From IMG/VR virus record IMGVR_UViG_3300028584_001239: DNA of 64,000 nt; one strand, written 5' to 3'. Positions 20,601 to 29,767 of this stretch are shown here, in pieces. A model generated the notes under the pieces. It worked only from the letters and a program-made list of their open reading frames with translations. It did no database searches and was not told where the DNA came from. This DNA comes from a virus. Every line of letters begins with the position of its first letter. Position 1 is the stretch's first letter. The position numbers and the translations under genes are program-made.

Positions 20601-21338
20601 TCAAATCAACGACAGATGACGTGTAACAGGGTCAATGTCATCAGGGTATTGTGGCGAAACACACAAACAATCATTACCATCATCCACAATGCGTTCAACC
20701 ACAAAACCAGCCGACTTCAATTGACGTTCAACTTCATCCAATTCATCCATCGTTTTGGTGGACAATGCAATTTTAGCAAAGGCATTCATAATCCAGTCAG
20801 TCAATGCGTTCTTTTGAGTGATGTCAAAATACTTGTTACCGTCTTCATCATTCAGCATTTGATTGTACAGCAACTTCAAGCAAGAAATAACGGCTTGCTG
20901 ACAAGCCTTCTCTTTACTGAGTGGTTTGTCTTTGTTGAACACAAAGATTTGCTTGGACTTAATCTCGGTACCATAAGTCTGAGGTACATTCATCACGGTC
21001 AAATCACAAGGCGTGAAAATACCATGTGCAGCACATGTAGTGGTGGCAACACCATGAAACTCAGTGCGACCATTGTCTACAATGATAGACACAGGAGCCA
21101 GTGGAGCTAAAATAGCATGAAGTTCATCTTCGTCTTTAACCATAACAATTTCAACCACTGGGTTATTGAAGAACTCCAAGAACTCAGCTTTTTGTTTTGC
21201 CAGCAATGTCATACGGGTGGGGCTTTTTTTCATAGCCTCAAAGAAAAGTTTCATGGCAGCGTGACCGGATTGAGCGGCCATCTTACCTTTTCGCATTTTC
21301 AGGTCATTGCGAACAAAAATTTTAAGAAAATTAGACAT
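20601..21338 (-). CDS. pth2: Peptidyl-tRNA hydrolase 2 (Pth2) family, two tandem domains
   Basis: VRNDLKMRKGKMAAQSGHAA and IVDNGRTEF in domain 1; second degenerate repeat ending P..IDPVTRHLSLI. Confidence 0.85.
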   Translation of the reverse strand: MSNFLKIFVRNDLKMRKGKMAAQSGHAAMKLFFEAMKKSPTRMTLLAKQKAEFLEFFNNPVVEIVMVKDEDELHAILAPLAPVSIIVDNGRTEFHGVATTTCAAHGIFTPCDLTVMNVPQTYGTEIKSKQIFVFNKDKPLSKEKACQQAVISCLKLLYNQMLNDEDGNKYFDITQKNALTDWIMNAFAKIALSTKTMDELDEVERQLKSAGFVVERIVDDGNDCLCVSPQYPDDIDPVTRHLSLI

Positions 21339-21497
21339 AATAGATACCTTTTAAATTAGATGAGCATTATAGCAAAAAACGTAAAAATATACAAGGTTAA
21401 AGTTGCAAAGGATATACCACTCAGCAGAAGACAGAATGCCACTATATGTTTTTCTATTTTTTGTGTTATGATTGAGGGAAACTATTAGGAGGTTGTT

Positions 21498-21764
21498 ATG
21501 AATAAATATGTCTCTTTAAGAATGTTTGTAGACAAAAATGATAAACTAAGCTTTCGAACTTATGAATATGATTCCACATTATATTTTATTAATGATACCA
21601 ATGAAATTGAGATGTTGCTCAACAAAGATGATCTGGCTCAGTTTGAAACTACTGTAAAACAGATATCTATTAAGAATAATTGGCGAGAAGTTGGATCAAG
21701 AGTTGTAGATATTTCGAATATACCTATATGTCAAAAAAAGACATCTACATTGTTGAAAGCTTAG
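21498..21764 (+). CDS. Hypothetical protein
   Basis: SD AGGAGG; followed by hairpin GAGCCT-actgaa-AGGCTC. Confidence 0.75.
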   Translation: MNKYVSLRMFVDKNDKLSFRTYEYDSTLYFINDTNEIEMLLNKDDLAQFETTVKQISIKNNWREVGSRVVDISNIPICQKKTSTLLKA

Positions 21765-21807
21765 TCGAATAGAGCCTACTGAAAGGCTCTATATTTTTGT
21801 TAATAAT

Positions 21808-22104
21808 TTATTTAGTTTGCTGGACATTGGAAAGAAACGCAATTGCCTTTTCTCGATGGGCCGCATATTTAGGATCAGCAATAACATTCTTAATCCCTGC
21901 AACAACACGATCTTTCAGACCCGGATCATTTTTTATTTTTTCAATAATTTGTGACTGCATGCCGGGATCTTGAATAGCTTTTTCTGCATATGATTTTGCA
22001 GCATGAATAGCTAAGGTGGTCGCAATGTCAGCCTGTGCAACAACAGGAGCCATCAAAGCCATGCCAATAACAACTGCTGCGAACAGATTAATTTTAGTTT
22101 TCAA
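21808..22104 (-). CDS. Small secreted protein
   Basis: Sec signal peptide MKTKINLFAAVVIGMALMAPVVAQA; TTG start after AGGAG. Confidence 0.75.
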   Translation of the reverse strand: MKTKINLFAAVVIGMALMAPVVAQADIATTLAIHAAKSYAEKAIQDPGMQSQIIEKIKNDPGLKDRVVAGIKNVIADPKYAAHREKAIAFLSNVQQTK

Positions 22105-22164
22105 TTTTATTTCTCCTAATGAATACTGTAGTATACTAAAATGCCATTAGAATGTAAACCTATT

Positions 22165-23607
22165 TTAAAGAAAACGAAGCCCTGTATAATATTGACCATC
22201 TGTTGTGCCATTAGCATAAAAATAAAAATGGTTATCTTCCATGCTAACCACATCCCTTACTCTAAATTTTTGCCCATTTAACAAAGCCATTAAGAACTCA
22301 GATGGTTCGTTAATTCTCAATAGGAATATATAATCAAAAGAAGCTACTAATAAAGGATCATTATCAACATGATTTATGACGACAAGGCTGCTATAACCAA
22401 GATTTTTTAGATCCGATAATTTATCTAAACTCTCATAAAAGCTTTTAGGATATCTGTCTGGGAATCCTAGAAAGATAGAATAAGGATAATCAGAAGAACT
22501 ATCAATAGTAATGCTTGAAATTAAATTATCGAAATCCTTATAGCCTTCCAAGACAAGTTTATCAGACACACGCTCAGTGTTAGGAAATTGAATAACCACG
22601 ATTTTATTATTTCTAATCATTGCATTTAAATCAAGGTCATAAAATTCTTGTGTGCCATGATACACATAAATGACTTCATCTATGACATTAAAGGTATACG
22701 CATAATGATTAATATAGGGTTCCATACCAGTTGCTCCAAAATTAAAATAGATAAATCCTTTTTTGTTAAAAATGGATTGATACATAAAGTTTTGAAAGTA
22801 TCCGCTACTATGATAATGACTGCCATACATAAAACCAGTGAAGGGAGCCTTCTCAACCAGATAGCTGGTGTCGTTGCCAAAGAATCCTTTTTTCTCTTTA
22901 TAGCCAAGAATAGTAGACTTCAATTTTGAATTAGCATGAAGGATCTTTGATGATTGAAGAGACTTTTTCTTTGTTTCATCATTAAGATAGTTTAAATGGT
23001 CATTATAGGTATTATTTAAATCAGGTAGGACAATCGGTAGCGAACGATTAGAGACATCCTCAATCTCTGCTTCACTCATGTCTGGAATGGTCATTGTGGA
23101 AAGCAACACTTTATTATCTCGTCTTAACTGAGCTTCTTGAATAACAATCTCTTGAATGTTTTTGTAAACTTCATTATATTTAATCAAACCTTTATGAATT
23201 TTGTAACCCAATTCAAAAAATACCCCTTCTTTGTAAGTAGAGACTTCATTAAAGTTCTTTAAAGCATAATAAAGCTCTCTAAACCCTAGTTCTTTAATGA
23301 AATAAATCTTTGAATGATGCACAAGCTTATTGACATTATGAACATATTCAAACAAATCAAAATAAGAATATTTTTTATCCACACCATAAGCTATGGCTAA
23401 TTTATTATCAATGACTTGGGTATATTTTTTTAATAAGTAATCGTCAATAAAACTGACTAAAGATTCCCTGTTAACTTCAAGAGTATTGCAGTCAATTATA
23501 TTGTAATCATCAGTATTGTGAAGAGCAAGGTATTCACTCATTGTGAAATGACGATGAAGGTTTATTTTATGTTCAGTTTCGATACTTTTACTTTTTCGCT
23601 TAATCAT
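22165..23607 (-). CDS. Hypothetical protein; paralog of 1..828, possible degenerate P-loop/coupling-protein-like fold
   Basis: Motifs shared with gene at 1..828; GFMYG...YQSIFNKKGFIYFNFG loosely resembles the TraD/IcmO strand order. Confidence 0.75.
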   Translation of the reverse strand: MIKRKSKSIETEHKINLHRHFTMSEYLALHNTDDYNIIDCNTLEVNRESLVSFIDDYLLKKYTQVIDNKLAIAYGVDKKYSYFDLFEYVHNVNKLVHHSKIYFIKELGFRELYYALKNFNEVSTYKEGVFFELGYKIHKGLIKYNEVYKNIQEIVIQEAQLRRDNKVLLSTMTIPDMSEAEIEDVSNRSLPIVLPDLNNTYNDHLNYLNDETKKKSLQSSKILHANSKLKSTILGYKEKKGFFGNDTSYLVEKAPFTGFMYGSHYHSSGYFQNFMYQSIFNKKGFIYFNFGATGMEPYINHYAYTFNVIDEVIYVYHGTQEFYDLDLNAMIRNNKIVVIQFPNTERVSDKLVLEGYKDFDNLISSITIDSSSDYPYSIFLGFPDRYPKSFYESLDKLSDLKNLGYSSLVVINHVDNDPLLVASFDYIFLLRINEPSEFLMALLNGQKFRVRDVVSMEDNHFYFYANGTTDGQYYTGLRFL

Positions 23608-23713
23608 ATTATTTTTATATATTAAATTAAGGACAAAATAACATTTTGAATATAACTTGTCAAATAGAATGAAACAAAAAAAACTACCGAAGTAGTTTTT
23701 TAATAGGCTAAAT

Positions 23714-24298
23714 TTATTGTTCGCCTCGAACTCTTTTTTTCATATATTCTGTATGTTCTATTGCAAAAGAACTTGGACGATAGTCGCTCATAGATGCAGA
23801 AACACATATTTTAAAAATAATGCTGGCACCAAGGAACAATAAGAGACAAGCAGGAGGAATCTGAGATTCTCTTGTGGGTTCTTTTGATAAATATTGGCAA
23901 ACAACAAAAATCATTGAAATAATAAATAAGAGATAAAATAAACGATGAATAAAAATCCATTTTTTTCTTGCATCTTCGAACCAATCCTCTATTTTATGAT
24001 GTAAACAATAAGCCCACATAGAAATAGCTAATAATAAATAGCATACATAAATGCCAATAGCTTCATTGAGTGGTTTAGTCACTTGATAAACGAAACTAAT
24101 TATAGTTCCAATACCCCAAAAAACACAGCCAATAAGCCAAAAAATACCACCAATTGCAAAAGCAATAAATCTAAATATTTCAGCGGAAAAAAATATCAAT
24201 CCACCGAGCATAAGAAATACTGAAATTACACCCAATGCACAATACAATGCGGCTGATGAAATATCAGGTTCTAGCTTTTCTGGTTCATATTTGTTCAT
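23714..24298 (-). CDS. Multi-pass membrane protein
   Basis: About five hydrophobic helices; own promoter at 24323-24351. Confidence 0.75.
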   Translation of the reverse strand: MNKYEPEKLEPDISSAALYCALGVISVFLMLGGLIFFSAEIFRFIAFAIGGIFWLIGCVFWGIGTIISFVYQVTKPLNEAIGIYVCYLLLAISMWAYCLHHKIEDWFEDARKKWIFIHRLFYLLFIISMIFVVCQYLSKEPTRESQIPPACLLLFLGASIIFKICVSASMSDYRPSSFAIEHTEYMKKRVRGEQ

Positions 24299-24322
24299 GT
24301 AGTAATCCCTAAAAAGATCTCA

Positions 24323-24351
24323 ATAATACAAGATGTATTTTAAAAAGTCAA
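24323..24351 (-). promoter_or_regulatory. sigma70-like promoter
   Basis: TTGACT-N17-TATTAT with TG upstream of -10. Confidence 0.65.
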
Positions 24352-24402
24352 ACAATATAAAACAAAAAACTGCCTAAGCAGTTATTTTGTGTGTCATTTC
24401 AA

Positions 24403-25104
24403 TTAATATTTATTTTTTTCACAATCACTTTTTTGAATTTTAAAATTTTTAAGAGTGTGTTTGTCAAAATAATGGTTGTTTTTAGAAAACTGCACCGCCA
24501 ACGTATATTTTTTCGTGGTAATTTTTAATGCCTTTTTATCATCATGAACACCCAGTTTGACATAATCAGCAGAATCAAAATAAAGGATAGCAATATAACC
24601 ATCTTTGTTACCAAAAAATACTTGACCACCACTCACCATTACCCAAATATCATCATTAGTCTTACTTGTTAAATAATCATACACTTCTTTCACACGTTGA
24701 TGATAATGAGTGCTAATGAGTTGAAATTGATGAATCTCGCGTTCAATAACCTGTTTGTCATTATCCAGAAAGTATTTTCCACGATCATCAAGTCCATACT
24801 GAACGCCATCATGGTTAATAGCAACCATTGTAGGTGTATGCCAGCTTGATCCTTTCAATGGTTCAGCTTTAATACCAAAGTCTTCATAAGAACCAATGAG
24901 AGCATTTACACTGGGAACATTAGGAATAAAGTAGCCAAGTCTTACAAAGAGTTCAAAACCACCATTACTAATAAATTCTTCTGCAGGTAAAGTTTGATCA
25001 AGATAACGGGTAAACATATCACGCTCTTCTACCGTGGCTAGTTTGAAATTTTCTTTCAAAATCTCTATCTCTTCAACCGTTTCGGCGTTACGATAGTCAG
25101 TCAT
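24403..25104 (-). CDS. Hypothetical protein; N-terminal domain duplicated in upstream small gene
   Basis: YRNAETVEEIE...EEFISNGGFE....GYFIP vs YREAYTPEEIE...DDFVEKGGYE....GFLIP. Confidence 0.8.
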   Translation of the reverse strand: MTDYRNAETVEEIEILKENFKLATVEERDMFTRYLDQTLPAEEFISNGGFELFVRLGYFIPNVPSVNALIGSYEDFGIKAEPLKGSSWHTPTMVAINHDGVQYGLDDRGKYFLDNDKQVIEREIHQFQLISTHYHQRVKEVYDYLTSKTNDDIWVMVSGGQVFFGNKDGYIAILYFDSADYVKLGVHDDKKALKITTKKYTLAVQFSKNNHYFDKHTLKNFKIQKSDCEKNKY

Positions 25105-25128
25105 AGTGTAGCTCCATTTTACAAAAAA

Positions 25129-25329
25129 TTAATGAACCGTTTCTGGAATAAGAAAACCCGTAGAGAGCAACATTTCATAACCACCTTTTTCAACAAAGTC
25201 GTCAATTGAAATATTATCGTCAACAAACAATAAATAAAGTGCTTTTTCTTCATCAGTCAATTTTTGAACGTTCTGAACAACCTGTTCAATTTCTTCTGGT
25301 GTGTAAGCTTCTCTATAACGTTCTTTCAT
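25129..25329 (-). CDS. Small protein, stand-alone copy of the N-terminal domain of 24403..25104
   Basis: Start reassigned to ATG 25329 (MKERYREA); homology to downstream gene. Confidence 0.75.
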   Translation of the reverse strand: MKERYREAYTPEEIEQVVQNVQKLTDEEKALYLLFVDDNISIDDFVEKGGYEMLLSTGFLIPETVH

Positions 25330-25407
25330 AATTGTTTTCTCCAGAGCATTAAGTTGAAATTTAATTATACACAAAAAACGCCATTTTTGCAATTAAGTTA
25401 GCGTTTT

Positions 25408-26100
25408 TTATTTGATATTTTTTTGAAATACAGCCCAATCTTTTTCAATTTCAGATTTTGAAAGATATACTGTATTTTTCGAATCAATTGTAAGGTTGTC
25501 GAACGTCATTGTCATGCCAATAATCTTCTGATCGACTGAAAATAACGGAGCACCAGCCATAATGCCAGCAGGTGTTACACTTCCCACATGAAGTGTTCTA
25601 GTCATAGGATCAATGATAGTATTCCGGTTTTGAACAAATTTAGCACCCGTTACAGGTTGTGACATATCAATAATATAAGAATAATATGTCACACCATTTC
25701 TACCAATCCAGCCACTGAACGTATATTCACCATCTTGTCGTTCTCGCCATTCAATTTTGCTGTCATTAATACCTTGTTTCCGATCAATGTTTTCAGCTTT
25801 CACAAAGGTAACGAGACAATCAACACACGACTTTTTTTCATCAACGAAAATATTAGGAACAACATAATAACCATCCTTCCAGTACGTTGCTCCACTCATA
25901 ACATTAACGGGTATATGGTTAACGTTCTTATCGGCATCAACAAGTTCTTCGATAATCGTTTGTGAATAAGTAACAGGCTTATATTCACCATAAATAGGCA
26001 CAATATCAGCGACGGATGTTTTAGTTTCTTTTGATACAGGATAAAAGGAACATCCGGCTAAAAGTGTTATTGCGGCCATTGCTATAATTTGTTTAATCAT
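25408..26100 (-). CDS. Lipoprotein with degenerate trypsin-like serine protease fold
   Basis: Start ATG 26100 after GAGGA; lipobox LLAGC; SGATYWKDGYYVVPN and GIMAGAPLFSVDQKIIGM mirror trypsin/HtrA motifs but lack catalytic His and Ser. Confidence 0.6.
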   Translation of the reverse strand: MIKQIIAMAAITLLAGCSFYPVSKETKTSVADIVPIYGEYKPVTYSQTIIEELVDADKNVNHIPVNVMSGATYWKDGYYVVPNIFVDEKKSCVDCLVTFVKAENIDRKQGINDSKIEWRERQDGEYTFSGWIGRNGVTYYSYIIDMSQPVTGAKFVQNRNTIIDPMTRTLHVGSVTPAGIMAGAPLFSVDQKIIGMTMTFDNLTIDSKNTVYLSKSEIEKDWAVFQKNIK

Positions 26101-26119
26101 GATGTATCCTCTGGTTAAT

Positions 26120-26338
26120 TTATGTGCTTTCTTTTTCCATGTAATAGAATTGGTTATTGTAGAAAAGGACTTGTCTATTTTCTTTGTTAATAACAATCCT
26201 ACGCTCAGCTTCGGTTAAATAACCAGCCGCCTCCACTTCGTCAATAAGAGCCAAGATGATGAAGTCATCTTCATAGATAGCTGTACAGGTGTAATCTGAA
26301 TTTCGACCACAGTCGTCGTAAATCTTTATTTTCTTCAT
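26120..26338 (-). CDS. Hypothetical protein
   Basis: SD AAGGAG. Confidence 0.7.
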   Translation of the reverse strand: MKKIKIYDDCGRNSDYTCTAIYEDDFIILALIDEVEAAGYLTEAERRIVINKENRQVLFYNNQFYYMEKEST

Positions 26339-26472
26339 CGTCTCTCCTTAATGCCGCTCACTAGATTATCAAGAAAAAAAAACCGTGTCAATGTGTTTAT
26401 GCTTTGATACCCTTGACTACAAAGACATTTTTGTGTAAACTCGAAATCAATTATAGCTATGGAGATAGAGTA

Positions 26473-26847
26473 ATGAGTATTAAAAATGATTTTGGTTCAC
26501 TACTAGTGTTCAGCAAAACTGGCAAACTTTTGAGAACGCTAGATAATATTGAATTTGTTCAATATTCTCCTGCAATGTTGATTGATGGGCAACCATTAAA
26601 TTGCCAAGCCAGTGGAATGGTAAAAAAAATTACCAGTGACAGAGTATTAAAAGATGACCAAATCAAACTATTATCAGCCTATTTGTTTGATTATCCACTT
26701 GTTGAGAATGTGGAAGGGTTTTATTACGATGGTGCGGGCCATTCCAAAGCCGCTATTATTTACAAAGATCCTTCTGACAGTTCAAAGGTGATTACGTTAA
26801 CACTGCTGGAAAGCACGTATGAAAACTTAACAGTTATTGAGTTCTAA
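26473..26847 (+). CDS. Hypothetical protein
   Basis: Start reassigned to ATG 26473 after GGAG. Confidence 0.7.
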   Translation: MSIKNDFGSLLVFSKTGKLLRTLDNIEFVQYSPAMLIDGQPLNCQASGMVKKITSDRVLKDDQIKLLSAYLFDYPLVENVEGFYYDGAGHSKAAIIYKDPSDSSKVITLTLLESTYENLTVIEF

Positions 26848-26860
26848 TTAAATTGATGTC

Positions 26861-26888
26861 AAAAAAAGCCTATCAAATAGGCTTTTTT
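26861..26888. terminator. Bidirectional intrinsic terminator
   Basis: AAAAAAAGCCTA-tcaaa-TAGGCTTTTTT between convergent genes. Confidence 0.8.
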
Positions 26889-26889
26889 A

Positions 26890-27408
26890 TTATATGGCTA
26901 AATCATCATGTATTCGTTTTCGTAATATTTTAAGTTCGTCTATATTGTCTTTGTTTTTAACATACATATCATAATATTCTTGACCAACTAATGCTTTGTT
27001 ATTTTCAAAAAATGCATCAAATTGTTTTCTTTCCAGCGATTCTCCTATTGGAGTTGAATAGACTCCAAAGCCGAGTGTCAAACCAATCACGGTGGCTAAA
27101 AGAATAACTCGCGTAGCTTTCTGAGTAGGAACATGCGTTCTATCTCGGTAATAATGAGCCATGCAGATCAGAGCAATAGTTAAATAAAAGCACATAAATA
27201 ATTCTAACCAATTATTGTGCATATTCGTCAGAGCTAGTAAGAAAATGACCGCAATAGAAAAAACATGAATAATAATACTAGCTTTTTGACTGGATGCTGG
27301 AATGTCTTGCGAATTCACTCGTTCCACTCTAGCCTTTCGTTCTTCTTCCCAACGTTTTAATTTTTCTGAAAACGATTCTTTGTTATTATGGTTTGGCATT
27401 ATAATCAC
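26890..27408 (-). CDS. Three-TM membrane protein
   Basis: Hydrophobic helices; C-terminal domain EYYDMY...L..L similar to that of 29768..30406. Confidence 0.75.
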   Translation of the reverse strand: MIIMPNHNNKESFSEKLKRWEEERKARVERVNSQDIPASSQKASIIIHVFSIAVIFLLALTNMHNNWLELFMCFYLTIALICMAHYYRDRTHVPTQKATRVILLATVIGLTLGFGVYSTPIGESLERKQFDAFFENNKALVGQEYYDMYVKNKDNIDELKILRKRIHDDLAI

Positions 27409-27510
27409 CTTTTTTAAGTAATCATAATAGACGAAATATTAAAATCGTCAAGTGTAGTATTTTTCTTCTAGATAAGGTATAATAGTAGACCTTATAGAAG
27501 AGTATTAAAA

Positions 27511-28338
27511 ATGAACAAATTTATCATGCAACTATCCATGCAAAACCATCAACTGATGAGCTATATGAACGCCTTGAAGCATATAGGTGCGGAATATCAT
27601 TTCTATTCCATTTATAGCAATACGAATCTTATTGACAACTTGCCTGATAATTTTGTGAACAATGATTACATTGCATTCGCTACAATTAAAGCATTGAAGT
27701 TGAGTAAAGAACTCACACCAGAACATTTTGGCAGTGAAGAACTGTATCAAAAATACGCTAGCACTTATCAAACTGCATTTTTTTACGAAGATGCTGACAA
27801 GTTTGACCAAAAGTATTACAAGAACCTTGGATTGCCCTTGCTGAACGGTTCTGGTGATGTTATTGATCTGGCTGATAACTTGGCTAGGACATTTGATCGA
27901 GAAGTATTTATCAAACCTACCAGTGATTTGAAAGGCTACATTGGTGGCATTATTCCTGTGGGAACGACTATCTATGACTTCTTGATGAAGGGTAGCTACA
28001 TGCCTCACTGGAAAAGTGAACCAACCTTAATCGCTGAGGTAAAGAATATTCATTCTGAATACCGTTTCTTCGTAGTAGGTGATCGTGTCGTCACAGGTTC
28101 TCGGTATATGCTGAACAAAGAAGTAAATGCGTCAGTAGATATTCCAGCAGAAGTTCAAAAAATGGCTGTTGAACTTGCAAAAGTCTATCAACCTGATAAG
28201 GTGTTTACGATGGATTTGGCCTTGCTAAACAACGGTTCAATAGAGATTGTTGAATATAACTGTTTCAATGGTTCTGGGACTTATTTAGCTCCACTGGAAG
28301 ATTTAATGAAAGAATTAATGGCGTTAAACATAACATGA
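27511..28338 (+). CDS. ATP-grasp domain protein (R2K/DUF4343-like)
   Basis: LPLLN, VFIKPTSDLK, SEYRFFVVGDRVVTGSRY, VFTMDLA, IVEYNCFNGSG. Confidence 0.8.
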   Translation: MNKFIMQLSMQNHQLMSYMNALKHIGAEYHFYSIYSNTNLIDNLPDNFVNNDYIAFATIKALKLSKELTPEHFGSEELYQKYASTYQTAFFYEDADKFDQKYYKNLGLPLLNGSGDVIDLADNLARTFDREVFIKPTSDLKGYIGGIIPVGTTIYDFLMKGSYMPHWKSEPTLIAEVKNIHSEYRFFVVGDRVVTGSRYMLNKEVNASVDIPAEVQKMAVELAKVYQPDKVFTMDLALLNNGSIEIVEYNCFNGSGTYLAPLEDLMKELMALNIT

Positions 28339-28348
28339 GGAAAAATAT

Positions 28349-28807
28349 ATGTATAGTAAAATAGATGTACACAAAAAAATACCAAATAAAGAAACAGTTT
28401 TCAAAGCCACTACACATGATGGCGAAAACTATCTTTATAAAGGAACACAATTAATTAAGCAATATGAAGTGCTAATTAATAACACAAAGTGCATACTCGG
28501 TTTTTGGATCGGTTTGTTAGGTTTTGTAGCCATGAACTTGAATGTGGTTTTAGAAGACTCTACGTTAAAAGAATTGTATTATTCAATTATTAATAAAACG
28601 GCGGATTTTGGGGTTATGGTATCAGTACCCTTAAATTTTTTATTCATAGTGTTAACTCCAATAATGTTTTATTCAATAAGAACAAGTATTAAAGAATATA
28701 GAAAAAAAATTAATTACATTATTCTTGAAAGTGATGGAATGATAGAAAAAATAAAAGCTAATCCGAAAGATATGACACAAGAAGCATCAAATGATGTTTG
28801 TAATTGA
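28349..28807 (+). CDS. Two-TM membrane protein; tandem paralog of next gene
   Basis: VHKK....ET.F.....DG.NYLY.GTQL and ESDGMIEKI...PKDMT shared. Confidence 0.8.
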   Translation: MYSKIDVHKKIPNKETVFKATTHDGENYLYKGTQLIKQYEVLINNTKCILGFWIGLLGFVAMNLNVVLEDSTLKELYYSIINKTADFGVMVSVPLNFLFIVLTPIMFYSIRTSIKEYRKKINYIILESDGMIEKIKANPKDMTQEASNDVCN

Positions 28808-28820
28808 AAGGAGAAATGCG

Positions 28821-29198
28821 ATGTTCAAAAATATAAAGGTTCATAAAAAAAGACAAAACTGTGAAACTATTTTTCATGTGACGGAAGAAGATGGTAAAAA
28901 TTATTTATATCGCGGCACCCAATTATTAGAGATCTTGAAGGATGAAAGAGAGTCTGCGTTAATTATAAGTTTTATCGGTTTTCTTGGGCTTCATTGGATA
29001 ATATCAATGTTAGGTTTTCTAAATTTTTTTACAAGTGCTTCAATTATTTTATTGATTGTGATGATGAATATAATTGATATAAAAAGAGGTAAAAAACTAA
29101 AAAAAATTATTATACAAGAAAGTGATGGCATGATAGAGAAAATTCACTCTCAACCAAAAGACATGACACATTACAAAACAGAAGAAGAAACCAGCTAG
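28821..29198 (+). CDS. Two-TM membrane protein; tandem paralog of previous gene
   Basis: Start ATG 28821 after AAGGAG; shared motifs. Confidence 0.8.
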   Translation: MFKNIKVHKKRQNCETIFHVTEEDGKNYLYRGTQLLEILKDERESALIISFIGFLGLHWIISMLGFLNFFTSASIILLIVMMNIIDIKRGKKLKKIIIQESDGMIEKIHSQPKDMTHYKTEEETS

Positions 29199-29208
29199 TG
29201 CTGGTTTT

Positions 29209-29712
29209 TTATTTTTTAAACGTTAACTGAATGATATTAAATCCATATCGGCCTAATGCAGTTGTTAATTTATCTCTAACATATATCTCTTTATCGTCTT
29301 TACTCTCTATCTCCTTTTCAAATGACTGAATAATGAAGTTAGTTAGCAATTCAAGAAAATACTCTTCAAAATCGGCAAGCTTAAAGTAGGCTATTTGTGC
29401 ATCTACTATTTGATATTGACAGTTAAAATCAAAATCTACACCCCCTATTTGAAGATACCTATTGATAGATGTGACATCCAGCGATATTCGTTGTTCAACA
29501 GTTTGTAAGGGATAAGGTAATTTAAAAAAGAACTTATCTTTTTTAAACATTACTTTGTGAGAATGTCTATCATTAATAGCGACAACGTTACGATTTAAAT
29601 TGATAACACATATTGTTGACAACCATATCAATATGGCAATAACAAATATTAAAAACATTAAAGCTCCGTTAATTGTATTTATAAATAATACTCTATTTAT
29701 TGAATTAAACAA
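29209..29712 (-). CDS. SPFH/Band-7-like membrane protein (degenerate)
   Basis: TM helix then FFFKLPYPLQTVEQRISL, CQYQIVDAQIAYF, RYGFNII; start uncertain. Confidence 0.5.
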   Translation of the reverse strand: MFNSINRVLFINTINGALMFLIFVIAILIWLSTICVINLNRNVVAINDRHSHKVMFKKDKFFFKLPYPLQTVEQRISLDVTSINRYLQIGGVDFDFNCQYQIVDAQIAYFKLADFEEYFLELLTNFIIQSFEKEIESKDDKEIYVRDKLTTALGRYGFNIIQLTFKK

Positions 29713-29767
29713 GAATGTGAAAAATAAAAAAGACTGCCAAGCAGTCTTCTGTTTAATATTAAAAGTT

